NCBI GenBank assembly: GCA_950097015.1
Contig: CATNEN010000007.1
Location: 5,642,001-5,706,000, forward strand
Direction of reading: 5' to 3'
Origin: Macrostomum hystrix
Taxonomy: Eukaryota; Animalia; Platyhelminthes
Length of the DNA: 64,000 nucleotides
The position numbers and the translations under genes are program-made. Below are positions 1 through 13,800 of this stretch, piece by piece (within the stretch, counting starts at the first letter, position 1; every line of letters begins with the position of its first letter). A model generated the notes under the pieces. The model was not told where the DNA came from and did no database searches. It saw only the letters and a program-made list of their open reading frames with translations.

Positions 1-305
1 CATCACCTCACAATAACCTTCTCGCAGAACCAGTCAAAGTCAACTCCGGATGCGTCGCGCCAGAACTCAATCTTGTGCACCTTGCCGAAGCCTTTGCGGC
101 ACCAGCTGGCCTGCGGTATGGTGAACTTATCTCGCACGCTGCCATCTTCCTCTTGAAAGAATGCGTTGCTAAGGGAGAAGGCCGGGGACGCATTGCCCTC
201 CTTGTCGTACATGTGCAGAGTCACCGTGGGCCCCTGGTCCGCCACTTTGTAGTCTGATGTGACCGAGCAGATTTCAAATGCAATCTTGGACGACTTCGAG
301 CCCAT
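1..305 (-). CDS. 5' coding part of a PLAT/LH2-domain protein, probably lipoxygenase-like (continues off the window edge)
   Basis: ATG at 305 reads MGSKSSKIAFEICSVTSDYKVADQGPTVTLHMYDKEGNASPAFSL...DKFTIP...GFGKVHKIEFWRDASGVDFDWFCEKVIV. This fits the PLAT pattern (D-x-F, I-x3-D, DWF-x-E-x-V-x-V) and has an MGxxxS myristoylation-type start. A branch point/acceptor (ctaac...ctgac...tacag) lies just upstream at 316-317. Confidence 0.7.
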
Positions 306-1394
306 GGCACCGCAGCTGTACAGGTCAGAGAATCTAGTTAGGGAGCAGCATTCATGTTTATCTGTAATATTATGTACAACAATCTTTGAGAAGGATGAGA
401 CTGCATCAAAGACTGCTACAGATTCGGTGGGCAATAACCAATGGTCTACTATTGGATAGCTTGGCTTAGGGTAAGTAGATGTGGGGTTGGCAATTGGCTT
501 GCCACCAAACAATATGGCAATAGATTTTTTTGGGGAATAGCCCTAAAGTCATCTTCAATTCTTCAAAATGTTTATCTGCATCATCAAAACATTCCCATAG
601 CCTATGTACATCCCAATCCTTGCGAAACGCTAACAAAACAAGGTTATCAAAACAATGTTGGCAAAGACTAGCTATATAGTACCTTGCTAACTTGGATACT
701 GTTTCCTTGGTGAAAGGTCACAGTGTGTTTGCCCATCCCACCTTTCTGCTAACAAATCTATATTTTACATTGTACATTGTAGTTAAATATAAAGGAAGAA
801 CTGCCAACTAGGCAGCTCCTCCCATATCTTCTTTCCCACTCACCCTGCAAGCAAGGCCTGAGCCTCAACTGGGCTGCAAGCAAGAATACAGCCCAGAACA
901 CAATGTTGTGACTCCATGGTCATCTTAGCTAATAGGCTGAAGGAAACAAAATGTCAAGTGTTTCACTTGGACATACTACTGTTTACACCCTAGGCATGCA
1001 CTATTTAGATGCTGGGTCTTAGCCCTAAAGCCACAGCTGCCTGTTCTGCCCTGCCTTTCTGTCTATGTCCTTAAGAGCTCCTTGACCTTAGTTTCTATGT
1101 GTTTATCCAACCATTTACCTAAATCAATATAGTTAGATCTGTTCATACACAGATTAAGTATTGATCATACATTCATAGATTACATTTATTGATTTGTTTA
1201 AATGAACAAATGAACAGCATATAAAGTGTAAACTCCTGTCATTTCCTATTCTATCTCTTAAATCAAGTCATATACTTGATAGCTACAGAAGAGTAGTACA
1301 GTATACATGTAACTCACAGAAATTAAGATGTGTAGTTTGCACTGCATTGTAATGTCAACCTTACTGTTACCCTTACACATTACCCTACAGTGAA

Positions 1395-1765
1395 GCTAGC
1401 AGTTTTCACCACACTGTTTACAACCTGTTAAAAAACTGCACTGTTTAAAAACCTCATTTCAGGCTTGGACCATGCGGTGGACTATGTCATGGACTATGCC
1501 GAATTTTCTGTACTGTTTGAAAAGCCACGTCCACTGCATAGTCCAAGCCTGGAATAATCGAGGATTTTTAAACAGTGCGGTAAATTCAGCATAGTTCACA
1601 GCATAGTGAAAGCCTAAAATGAGGTTCTTTAAACAGTGTGGTAAATTGCGTATAGTCCACTGTATAGTCCACTGCATAGTCCACTGTATAGTCCACTGCA
1701 TAGTCCACCATGCGGTAGACATTAAAATGCGGTAAAGTTAGCAGTTTTTACCGCGTGGTAAAATG
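1395..1765. repeat. Foldback/MITE-like relic with internal inverted repeats and a 12-bp tandem (yatagtccactg)
   Basis: cactgtttaaaaacctcatttcaggctt (~1440-1467) is the near reverse complement of aagcctaaaatgaggttctttaaacagtg (~1610-1638). ggactatg/catagtcc occurs in both orientations. Confidence 0.45.
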
Positions 1766-3458
1766 TCGCTAACATCAATAAACTGATTCTGAATAACATT
1801 GAAAAAGGAATAATTAATTATATTGAAAACAACTACAATCTGTCGACCCAGCACTTATGTACACAGTCGATAACAAAACGTAACGGTCTGATAGATAGAT
1901 GGATAGATCTGATAGATAGATAAATGGATAGATCGATGTAATGGGCGCAGGCAAACGCAATATTGATACGCAATATCTATAAAAACCGCGATTTAAAAAT
2001 GTAAATTTAAATTTAAATTTACATACAGGAAGGGTCACAAATAAATAAATAAACAAAAAATGATTGAAAAAGTCACTAGTACATAAATAAGATTGAATGA
2101 GTTTTTTGCTCTTATCACCAATCAGCCTTGAAAAAATTTTAGCTTGTGATATAAAAAACTTTTTTTATTCTCGTAAATTTTTATATGGTCGAATTACATC
2201 TCACAGTGCAATGTCGATCGATATTTGTTATGTATGTAAAATGCATGTAAATGCATGCATTTACAGTCTAAAAATAGGAAATATTTTGTCCTTGTCTTTG
2301 TCTTTGTCTCTGAGACGAGTGCAACTCCAACTCAGAGTCGATACAGTATCCTGCACTACACTACATTGTCATTTGTGCATACAAATCAATAGTTATTAGG
2401 CCTAATGCATGAAACATAAAGTATAGGCCTATGCTTGCTTGTCTATACTCTTTCTTTAAATAATTATATTCTAAGATTCTCTTATTCTCAAATCTCATTT
2501 TAGCTGTGTAGTTAAATTTCACAAATCAGCAAACCAATTAGAAACTTCACTTGATTCAAATTCTGTTGCAATTGATATATAAAATAAAATTAAGTTTGAA
2601 TTAAAGTAAATTTCAATGTGAAAAAAAACAGTGTTAAGTTAATTAACTTCTTTTTTTCAGGTCCAACATAGCATAGTAGTTTTGTTCTTTATTTTAATTT
2701 ATAAAATGCATCACAAAGACTGTTAACTATGTTAACTGTTAACTATGAGTAAAGGCAACCCAATAGAAAAATAGGATACCTAGCTGTAAAATTTTTTGCA
2801 TTTGGCAGCTGCCAGGTGCAGGTGGTAAACAGTAAACTTTGTGGGCAAGAAAAGCAAATTCAAGCTACAGTATTAAACAATAACTAAATTAAACAAACTA
2901 CTGTGAATAATTCTTATAAAAATGTGTTACACACCTTTGTAACAAAAATGTAACATTTAGTGTTTAACAAAGTTTAAGAGTGAATTTTTTAAAGATGTTA
3001 TTTTACAATTTTTTTATGTGGCAATAATGATAAATTACAAATTTGAACAAAAGAATATTGTTTTATTTGAAGAAAGTCATATTGGCATTAGAAGTGAAAT
3101 TTGTTAAGCAAAAATATATAAGATTATTGTGTTACTGGTGGTAGGCCTAACTGGTCGTTTTGGCCATAGGCGTTTCAGCCAAAAGCCGTTTCGGTCTCAA
3201 ACCGCTTTGGCCTCAAACCATTTCAGCCACAAACCAGTTCAGCACCAAACTCACAACATACTTATTTAAAGTGGTATTCTTACAGCTAATTTCTAATTCA
3301 TTTAAGAGTTGTTAATTTTTTTTATAGCAACAATGGAAAGCACGAATTTGACTTTTACAATGGCAAATAATTATATTTTTGTATTTGCGCAGTATAAAAG
3401 TAATAAAAGAAGAGGACTTGGTATTTTGTGTATAAATGTAAAAATGTAATGGCCCAGA

Positions 3459-3556
3459 CAGTGACCTATTGAATTTAGTAAATGGATATTCTAATTGGGG
3501 GATATGTTTATCCCCCATAATATATAACCCCCTGGTCCCCCCTAGGTAAGCCACTG
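3459..3556. mobile_element. Small hAT-like MITE nested in the MULE
   Basis: CAGTG...CACTG termini flanked by an 8-bp near-duplication, ggcccaga (3451-3458) and gccccaga (3557-3564). Confidence 0.45.
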
Positions 3557-3729
3557 GCCCCAGACAACAAAAAATGTTAAAAACGTGAATATTCTGCACC
3601 AATGCGAATAGTTCAGTACTGCCGATGAGCGCATTTCACTTGCCATTAGGAGTATTGCCGATGAGTTTGGCTGCAGAGTCCAAGAAGGCATTTACTGCTG
3701 TGGAATCAGCTGCCGTGCGATTCGGAGTC

Positions 3730-4966
3730 AAGGGGCAGTTGGCATAAGCTGTAGAATACGGCGTAGCACCAGCTTGTAGTTGCTCTTTCAGCGTTGGCTC
3801 ATCAGGACATACAATAGTGGCAGTTGCTTGGCATTGTCGTTAGAATTTAGGAAGGCTTGAATGGTAAACAGCTGATAAAATGGTTATTTAACAATGTAAA
3901 ATGTTCCATCCATGAACCAGGTTTTTGCAGCAGCAAGATGCCGGATGCCAGCCTCGGAGTACACGATAATGTGTCGTGTACGCCATTTTCAAGGGCGTCG
4001 CTTAGGAGCAAATGCAGAGGCACAGCTGCTTCTTGGACATCAAAGTCCAAATTGACTAGTTCTTCCAGCCGAGCCGCTTGCTGTGCTCTTCGGCCTATCC
4101 GCTCCAAATTTCTTGGGTTGGGCAAGCTTGGAGCTTCAGCTAGCAGCCTGTCAGCTTTTTCAACGAATTCATTATTAACAATGGTACTAGTAGGCTCAAA
4201 TACATTGGCACAACACCTGTCTTTGATTCGGACCTTCATCGACATGACACAGACTGATTCTCCAGGGCTATCATGAATGTGGTCTTTTCCATTGCTAATA
4301 AACACTCCATTTCGTTCCTTAACTGTTACTGGGCAAACCTGACCTGCCTTTGGATTACACTTCGAGCAGTGCCAGTAAGTAATATTTGTCTTGGAATGAC
4401 TCTTAACTACGAAGGCGAATCCATCTGACGAGATCAGCCGCTGTTTCTCATGCTTCATCCCTCGATCAACTTTAATAAAAGTCTCTTGTCTGTTGCCTTG
4501 TATCAGGGCTTGTTCAACGGCATCGTTTGGGTCAGCCATAGCAATATCGTCTTCATCGTCATCTCCGCCGCCATCTTCGTCGCCAGCATCACCACCTTCG
4601 CCATCTTCGCCGCCATCTTTGTTGCCAGCATCGCCACCTTCGCCATCTTCGTCGCCAGCATCACCACCTTCATCGTGAACTGCACTGTCAGCACAAAGTG
4701 AGCAGACCCACAAAAATTCTGCGCCTTTTAGTTGACGATACTCTACCTGGGAAATTCCTGGAATTGTGAAAATGGCAACATTCAGACAACATTTTAATAG
4801 TGTTATCGCAAGAGCTAAAACAGCAGAAAATGAAAGTGAAAAATCTTCTTAAACCTGTATGACACTTTCGGTGTTGCCATTGACCGCATATGTCACAGCT
4901 AATTGCCTGCTGTCGTTGCCTCACCTCAGAAGAACAGAAAATACACTAGCCAGACTCAATTGGCAT
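3730..4966 (-). pseudogene. Disrupted PHD finger - acidic tract - FLYWCH - MULE transposase
   Basis: PHD: CIFC...CDICGQWQHRKCHTG|ISQVEY...WVCSLC, with an intron at 4854-4758. FLYWCH: LISSDGFAF...YWHCSK...CPVTV...HIH. After a frameshift near 3960 it reads WFMDGTFYIVK*PFYQLFTIQAF...QLPLLYVLMSQR*KSNY, the MULE DGTF motif. In-frame stops are present and the catalytic C-terminus is missing. Confidence 0.85.
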
Positions 4967-6631
4967 TGTGATGCATCAGTGTTTTCATTGAGAATCCGAA
5001 AATCTATACTTTAAATGTAATTTCATCAGTCGGCTATTGAAGTTGATGTTATTGATTGTTAGCTTGCATGGTGTCCACTTAAATCCAACAGCTACACATT
5101 TGCATACATGCATATATGTCATGCCACCTCTCAGCCCCATAGAAAAATATTTTGCTGTATATCTAATTGTAAAATTAAGCAGTAATTTATGCGCGACGGA
5201 TAGCTAAATGCACAGGCATTAAATTGTTGATTCTCATCGAATGACGAAAGATAACTTACAGATGTACAGCCTTTTAGGCTTCAACTCATTTTAAGGACTG
5301 CTTAAATGTACTGAAAATTGCGGACAGAACTCTTTATGTTCCATTTTCTACTATTTGTAGTCCATGTAGCATTATTATGCTCATCTGTGTTGTAAATATT
5401 GTATAAGTTGAATTCATGCCATAGCATCGTTGTTTAGAAAGTTAACAAAACTGAAAAAGTTCCTTGACAAACAAACAATACAATACAGATGCTTAATAAG
5501 TATGTGGGCCGAAATGGTTTGAGGCCAAAATGGCTTTTGGCCGAAATGGCTATGGCCGAAACGGCTTTTGGCCAAAACGGCTATGGCCAAAACTGCATAT
5601 GGCCGAAACAACAGGAATTCTTACTGGTACAAAACCTTTTTGGAGTGAAAAGAAAACTTAAGCTTAAAGTGGGAAATTGGGTCCAGATAAAACATGAAAA
5701 AGAAACATTTACACAATGAAGTAAATTAGTAAATACAAGTAACAATAATACATTTACTAAAGTAATAATAGGTAATACAATAAAATTATACAAACAATCC
5801 AATGTTCCACAGTAAGTTGTTGTAAAGTTAATGTGAAGACCAATTTTGTAAAAGTCTTTAGGATGCAAGGTGTCAATTTTTAGATTTTGATGCAGATTAT
5901 GCAGTGTGTTACAGTACTAACCTTTGAAGTGTAGCATAAGCAGAAAGCTTCTGATTTTATAAGCTGAAAGAGGTCTTAGTTCCTAAAGAGCCAGCTAAAG
6001 TGTAAGTTTGGAAGGTAGATGGATTTAAAGAGGCAAAGATTATAGTGCAAACCTAGGATGGCTATGATGTTTGTTGAAGCATTATTCTACAATGTTGGAC
6101 TTGCTTAAGTATGTTAGTAATGTTAAACTTTAAACCATGGCAACCACAGATCTTCAGGGCTCTTAGAGGTCATTGTTGCTGGCCAAGAGATTAAAAGTGG
6201 TAGCATCAAGAAATTAGTTTTTGAGCTAAAAACAATAAGTAATGATAACTTTTTCAGAAATATGAAAGTAATTTAGCACAAAAAGACCACATACATTCTG
6301 TTGGCTAGCTAGCAAGTAGAGCCCATATTTATTAATCAAAGCATTAAAGAGATAAAAAGAAAATAACAAGAAATTTAAATTTTAGTTATTTAACTTATAA
6401 ACCTAGATAGAGCTTAAACAATGTCTGTGCAAATGGGTAGTATTACATGACCCTATTTGAATAAATATTGAAAACCTCTGGACATGTGATTTAGATTAGA
6501 ATCAAGTGCAAGTCATTTTGTCACATTTTGCCTCAATTCATATGAAAAAACTTGCACATAATCATTTTGTTAATTTTAAATGGTTTGTTTATCGAGTCAT
6601 CTAGCATATGCTTTGCTGTATATATAAGTAT

Positions 6632-7330
6632 TGTTGTACTCGCGACTTCCCGGAGGGGTGCCCCTAGGAGGGTCAGAGTACGCGGGCCCGTGCTGGCCTA
6701 CGTCAGGGCGCGAGTGTCCGCACGGGACCCTAAGTCTGGGGCGTCAGGACGCACCCAAGTGGCCGGCACACGCGTCGGGACGCTGTGATGTCGATCACCC
6801 TTCAGCGGGGCGTCAGGGCGCACGAGCGGGCGTCTGAGTACAGCGGGCGTACAGTACAGGGTGACCCCTGGCTGGTTACCTGGTCTAGTCCCCCTCCTTA
6901 GTCGGCGTCAGGACACACGGACGGTCCCCACTACAGCCCCCGAAATGAAGGAGACAAGGCAGCGACTTACTTCTGGTTCACTCGCACTCGTGCGTGTAGT
7001 CAACTTCGTGCAGCAGACTTCTGATGGCGGCTGGCAGACCGGGTGGTCGATATTTATTAGTTATTATTTGTGCGTGGGGGACGGGTTAAGGAAACAGTGG
7101 TCAGGCGTTGTAGAGCGTGAACACGCACACGGGGCAGCCACCCGCCCCCGGCCGCGCCTTTATAGGACACGGCTCACCAAGGGCCGGGGCCCCCTCCCCC
7201 GCCCCACCCCCACCCACCACCCCGGCCCAGCTACCCACCGGCCAATCACGGCGCAGCTGGGGCGAGGACCAAAAAGGGCGGCCCAGCCAACCAGCGCGCA
7301 GCCAACACAATGGCGGCTAAGCGGCTTACA
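6632..7330 (-). mobile_element. Probable solo LTR of an LTR retrotransposon
   Basis: Sharp ~700-bp GC-rich block in AT-rich DNA. On the minus strand it starts TGTAAG and ends ACAACA, with CCAAT, TATAAA (~7158-7163) and a downstream AATAAA (~7053-7058). No matching TSD was found. Confidence 0.5.
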
Positions 7331-7847
7331 CCGCTGAGCCTTTAACGCCAAAACAACAATGCCAAAAACAACTGCGAGTGCACTTGTTGCGCGGGGGGCG
7401 AGTGCACTTGAGCAGTGCAAGCGCACGTGCACAACAGTATTCTTTAGCAATATGCAGGTGTGCAGTACAAAATTTGCACAGAAATCCTTGGCATACTGCC
7501 TGCTTTGCACACATAATGTCACTTTTCACACTCCCCACAAGTATGCCCGTAGCCATCTGCAAATAGTCAACTTTTTCCTATAGGTTTTGTGAAATGCATA
7601 TTTTCAATTAAAAAAATACAAATAGAATTGAATTATTTATGAAACTAGACATAAACAATTCAGCTTTCTATTTATAAGGTATTTGAATAAATCATTATAT
7701 ATTGGTACATTTCAGAATTGCTGGTCAGGACATACAGTCCAATCGAACAGAACTCTCTGTTTTTATATTCACACTTTCAACTGTGACTAAAACAAACAAT
7801 AGATTAAGAAGTTGGTTACAATTTAAGAATAGTTAGATTTGCCGGCC

Positions 7848-10800
7848 ATGCACCAGCCCCATTCTGGTGGTAGCAGTGCTGGCAGCGGCGGGGGCAGCGG
7901 TGGCAAGCAGCAGCAGTACCAGCTCCAGCAGCAGCAGTCGCGAGGCGACCTGTCGCGCTGGTTCCATGGCGAAGTTGGTCGCGAGGAAACCGAGCGCCGT
8001 TTAAAGGCGCAAGGCGGCCTGGGAACATTCCTGGTGCGATTCTCCCACTCCACTAATAAGTTTGTGCTGTCCGTGCTCTGCGACTCCGCATCTTATCATT
8101 ATCCCATTGATGAGCTGCCCGACGGCTTCTATCAGGTGCGTTTTGGCAACTTTATTTATTTTGATTTATTATGCCTGTTCAACCTGTACAGTTCGCTACT
8201 AAGTACAATCGACTCAAATTGTACCACAGCCTGATGCAAGAATCCAGATTCAAAATCAGTTGCTTTACTTTAAATCCATTTCTTATTCTTACTCATCATA
8301 TACCAAATAGTGTTTCCCACTTATCATAGCTAGTACACCTTGAAAACTGCCTTCTTTACAATACGCTGACGCTGACACAACCCTTATTTACCACGTCCTG
8401 TCATCCGCATTTATACACCACACTCTGACACCAGTCTTCATTTGCCACACTCTGACACCAGTCTTCATTTGCCACACTCTGACACCAGTCTTCATTTGCC
8501 ACACTCTGACACCAGTCTTCATTTGCCACACTCTGACACCAGTCTTCCTTTGCCACACTCTGACACCAGTCTTCCTCTGCCACACCTCATCTTAAGCCTA
8601 TCCTCCCAATGTCCCCACACTCTGACCCTCAGGTGCACGGCACATCTGCCAAATACCTGGGCATCGACCTGCTGGTGTCCGAGTTCCGTCGCACCGACAA
8701 TTCCATTGTTTGCCAGCTTAGCAGGCCAGTGATTGCCCAGCCCCCGCCGCCGGCCATCACGGTGTACGGCGCCACGAACCCCTTGCACCTGGCTGCCAGG
8801 CGGGCAAATATGGCCGAAGTGCGGCGCGTACTGATGCAGCTGCAGGTGAGTGTCGCACTATTTTTCTGTTAATTAACTATATATATTGAATGTGCAGTTT
8901 TTATTGCTGCTTCACGAAAGTATTTAAAAGTTCTTGTGTATTTGGAGTCAAATAGACAAGTAAAAAGGAAGGCAGATTTGGTTCGGTAAAATTATTTTCT
9001 ATCTTTAATCATAGATAAAAGACTCATTATAAGAAAAGTTTCATTCAGACAGGTAAAAGAATCATTGGGAAACTTGTCATTTAAACGAATTCGTCATCAA
9101 CCACCCGACGCCAGGCCGGCGGAGCCTGCGATCCGCTCATGCTCAACGAGAAATCCAGCGACAATGGCGCCACTCCGCTAATCGAGGCCGCCAAAACAGG
9201 CAGCAACGATGTCGTGAAGCTGCTACTCGAAGCCGGAGCTGAGACCGGCTTAAGAGACTGCGCCGGTTTCACAGCTCTGCACCGGGCCGTGCAGAGATCT
9301 TTTGCTCACGTGGCTGAGACTCTGCTCAAATTGGGTCGGGCCAGTCCACAGGTGAGATTGACGGCATTTTAGGACGTGTAATCAACTTCAAAGACGATTT
9401 GATTTTAGGGATAAAAATTAATCACATCCTTGCTATATTTTTAAGTAAAAGTTTTCGCAGGAAGTTTGTGAATCGTCTTAAAGAGAATTATATGATTGAA
9501 AATATTTTTGTTGGGTATTTATTTTTAGTATTACTTTCAGAAGTCATTTTATTCCATTCGGAGTTTTGGGATCATTGTATCTTCTATGGCGACTTTTGGG
9601 ATCATTATTTCTTCCGTGGAAAGTTTTTGGGATCATTATTTTTTTCCATGGAAAGTTTTGGGATCATTGTGTCTTCTGGGGTTAGTTTTGGGATCATTAT
9701 TTTTCCGTGGAAAGTTTTGGGATCATTGTTTCTTCCGTGAGGAGTTTTAGGATCATTGTGTTTTCTGTGGAGAGTTTAGTATCATTGTTTTTTCCGTGGA
9801 GAGTTTAGTATCATTGTGTCTTCTGTGGAGAGTTTAAGATCATTGTGTCTTCTGTGGTGAGTTTTGGGATCATTGTGTCTTCTGTGGAAACTTTTGGGAT
9901 CATTATTTCATCCGTGGAAAGTTTTGGGATCATTATTTTTTTCCATGGAAAGTTTTGGGATCATTGTGTCTTCTGGGGTTAGTTTTGGGATCATTATTTT
10001 TCCGTGGAAAGTTTTGGGATCATTGTTTCTTCCGTGAGGAGTTTTAGGATCATTGTGTTTTCTGTGGAGAGTTTAGTATCATTGTTTTTTTCGTGGAGAG
10101 TTTAGTATCATTGTGTCTTCTGTGGAGAGTTTAAGATCATTGTGTCTTCTGTGGTGAGTTTTGGGGTCATTGTGTCTTCTGTGGTGAGTTTTGGGGTCAT
10201 TGTGTCTTCTGTGGAAACTTTTGGGATCATTATTTCTTCCGTGAAAAGTTTTGGGATCATTGTTTCTTCCGTGAGGAGTTTTAGGATCATTGTGTTTTCT
10301 GTGGAGAGTTTAGGATCATTGTGTCTTCCGTGGAGAGTTTAGGATCATTTTGTCTTCTGTGGAGAGTTTAAGATTATTGTGTCTTCTGTGGTGACTTTTG
10401 GATTATTTTTTCTTCCGGAGTCGAAATTTTGAGATATCGTTACGTGTATAAGAAGTTTTAGAATCATGCATTATTATCCTTTTAAGCGTTGAGAGCATTC
10501 TTTTTTAATTGGGGTTTTGGGAAGAACTTTATACATTTCGGACTGTTGTCATCGCAACGCAAGAAATCCCGCCACTGGTCTCCCGCTTTGATCCCACAAT
10601 CGCCAGGTGCGCTGCCCGTTCTCCGGCAACACGCCACTGCACGAGGCCGCAGTGCTCGGCCATGCCGACTGCGTCAACACCCTGCTGCGCTTCCACGCCG
10701 CCCCGCATCCGCGCAACTGCGATGGCGAGCTGCCCTACGAGCTGGCGCTGAGATTCGGCTTCGCTGAATTAGCCGAAGCCATGGCCAATTACCGCTGCCC

Positions 10801-13800
10801 GTCTCCCCTCACCTGCCTAGTGGATTGGTTTCACTCCGACCTTTCCAAGCAGGACACTGAGGCGGCTTTGAGGCGGCATCGGGATCCGCCAGACGACGGT
10901 ACCTTCCTGCTGCGCCGCTCGTCCGCCGGCGACCGGAAGCTGGTGCTGTGCGTCACCTGCCGCGGCCAGACTCTCAAATACGCCGTTGAGGTTAGCGGCG
11001 GCGCCTACCCGGGTGTGCCGGCCCAGGAGGCCTGGTTCATTAGCGGCGGACCATTGCATCAGAGTCCAGGTGATTAAATATGATCTGAGTAATATTTTTT
11101 TCTGTGACCCAGCGAGGAGGCAATTCCACAGAACTTGCCCAGAATTCATAATCAGCAAATTTATTAAATTAAACTGCTTAGAATACGATCAAGAAGCATA
11201 AGTAGCCAGAGACTCACCAAATTTTGTAGCAGAAGACCGCCGACTTAGTAAGTCAAGTAACCAGAAACCCAAGCAACTTCTATTCGAATCAAGCAAGTCA
11301 GCAAAATTATAATCTAAGGTGACTTCGCACAACAAAGTTGGACTGTCGAAATTCTGGTGCTGATCATAATTTCTTGCTGGCTGCGCCACACAGTTAAGCA
11401 GAGCACATTCGTCTCCAGCACATTTTTTGACTGTGGGTTGCAAAAGCAGCTGATTAACAGCAAGGGATCGCAATGCAGCCACTGCCTTCGTGCACTCTGG
11501 GGCAATCGTTGAAGCCACTCCGACGCCGTTTTCAACATGGTCCCGAGTTAGGCTGCGGATCAACAACTTGTTGGTACCATTCTGCGCAACAAAAGATGCA
11601 ATTGACCGAATTGACTTGAGGCTGAAATGCCAACCAGGCTCATCAGCTGTTCCTTTGCTTCTTCACCAAGTTCTGAGCACTGATTGCGTCTCACTGACGT
11701 GAGTCCATTTGATAGATTGAAAATCTTGTCTACTAGTTCACGAAATCTAGGCTGTGGAGTGCAGAAGCAGATTGAATGACTCCATGAGCGGGGTAGGTTC
11801 TTAGAGCCTGGTCTTAGAACAGGTAAGTTCTGTGAGTCTTAAATGAATGAGCTTCGAGCCTAACTGCCTTAGTTATCGGTTCTAAGTAACAGAATTAAAA
11901 TCCCATTGCCTGACAGCGCACCTGGTTGAGCACCTGATTCGCTTCGCCGATGGCATTCCCTGCCGCTTAAAATGGGCCGTGTCGCCCGAGTCAAAGCTAA
12001 TCGACGTTGAACGCCTGGCGCCACGGGGAGTCGAACGCGCCGAACGAGACATTGTCCGTCTCGATGGCGGCGGCGGCGGCGGTGGTGGCTCCGGCTCTTG
12101 CAGGTCTTCAACAAGACGAAGCGGCGGGAGCGGCGGAGCCCCCTCCGAGTCCAGCGGCGGCTCCGGCGAGCGAGGAGGAGGCGGCGGCGCCAAGTCTAAA
12201 TCCAGCACCGGCGCGCCTGCCGGTGGCTCCTCCGGCGGTAGCGGCGGCGACTTGCCGCTGATCCCGGCCAACCAGGTCATCCTTCTGGCCCGACTGGGCG
12301 AAGGCGAGTTCGGCGAAGTGTTCAGCGGCAGGCTGACCCGCGACTCGGTGACGCAGGTGCGTGTTGCAGGTGGCTTTTTCTCTATGGTAGATAGGGTTAG
12401 GTAGGAGATTTCGGGATAAAAATGGTTATCATTTAGCCGACGAGATTAACAGTAGAAGTTCTACTCGGTGGGGTATTTAAAAAACCCCACATTTTTTTAA
12501 ATCTGTTTCTTCCACAAAATTCAACCAATCGCCACGAAAATCCTGTACATGGGCAGAAATTTTCCATCTGATGAAAAAACTTCCAGCATCACAAAACATC
12601 GGCATCTCCGAGATATTCAACAATTCTCGTCGGGGTGTCTGGTGGCTAAAACCACCAATATGGACATAATGTTTCTGCTCACAAAATGTCATCGTGTAAC
12701 CTTGTCGGCTATCATTATTGACTATTTTTTTTATATTGCTTATTTTTTCACCTTTTTGGATTCGCCATAGAGGGTTATACAGGGAGCTATCGTGAAGTAG
12801 CCAGTCCTCCGTGGTCTTTCCCCAGGGGTAAAAATAGCATGGCCTTTCTAGCTCGTACTGTTAAGGGATCTCACCACTGAGCTGCCATACACGTGAGTCT
12901 TGGCAATAGCAGAATGTCGCGCCCATTGCAGGACGTCGCCGTCAAAGTGCTGGCCTCGGCCCAAACCCGATTAGATTTCGTTAAAGAGGCCGCCGTGATG
13001 GCCAAGCTGGCACATCCCAGCATTGTTCGCGTTCTCGGCCTGTGTGAGAACAAGCGGCTCATGATGCTGCTGGAGCTGTGCCCGCTGGGATCTCTGCTGG
13101 ACTACATCAGGCAGCCGAGCAGGCAAGCTGCCCTAACCGAGTCTCAGGAGCCGCTGTACCGCTGGGCGCTGCAGGTGGCCGAGGGTATGCAGTACCTGGA
13201 GCAGCGCGGCTGTATTCACCGAGATCTGGCAGCCAGGAATGTACTACTGGCTGACGAGGGCCGAGCTAAGATCTCCGATTTCGGCTTGTCCAGGGCTGTC
13301 GGCGCGGATACCGACTATTACAGGTGCGACGGGCTTTTGCACTTTTCATCTGCAGATTTAGGGGAACGTGGCAACGGATCTTGTTTACCTTGGAAACAAA
13401 AAGACTACTCGAGTTGTCGTAGTAACGGAATTTTTACATTCGATGCATTATATCACTTCGAATATCTTTTCGAGTACCCTGAGCACACTCACTCAAGTGT
13501 GTACATCTGCTCTGACTTTCCCATCGTCAGGATTAGCCTGATCTTGTGTGTAAAATTCTCGGGAATCCCCAAGGTGCAGTTAGAGTGTTGCACTGGCTGA
13601 CAATCATAATATCAGGCCAGATGAACACACCTGTGTGTGTGAGCCCAGGGGTCAGCGGACCTCCTGCACTTAGTTTCCTACGGCCGTAGCAGCAGCATTT
13701 ATTTGTTCCGCTTCTCCACAGAGCCACCCAGCGCGGCAAGTGGCCAATCAAATGGTACGCGCCGGAAGCAATCTATTATCGATTATTTAGCTCCGCCTCA

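Larger units (their letters stand above)
3141..5620 (-). mobile_element. Degenerate Mutator-like (MULE) DNA transposon with long subrepeated TIRs and a 9-bp TSD
   Basis: Flanks are ttactggtg (3132-3140) and ttactggta (5621-5629). The left end (cgttttggccataggcgtttcagccaaaagccgtttcgg...ggcctcaaaccatttcagcc...acatacttatt) mirrors the right end (aataagtatgt...aatggtttgaggcc...ggcttttggccaaaacggctatggccaaaac). A MULE transposase relic lies inside. Confidence 0.85.

Noticed and set aside
306-512. N-terminal extension of the PLAT ORF in the ORF track
   Set aside because: It has a non-ATG start and lies upstream of a clear splice acceptor in AT-richer sequence.
8615-8632. Repeat-derived CTGAC as the branch point of kinase intron 1
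   Set aside because: The A is only 7 nt from the acceptor, too close for a canonical branch point. Kept only as evidence of local seeding.
11882-12280. Proline-rich antisense ORF
   Set aside because: Shadow of the Gly-rich kinase exon 5.
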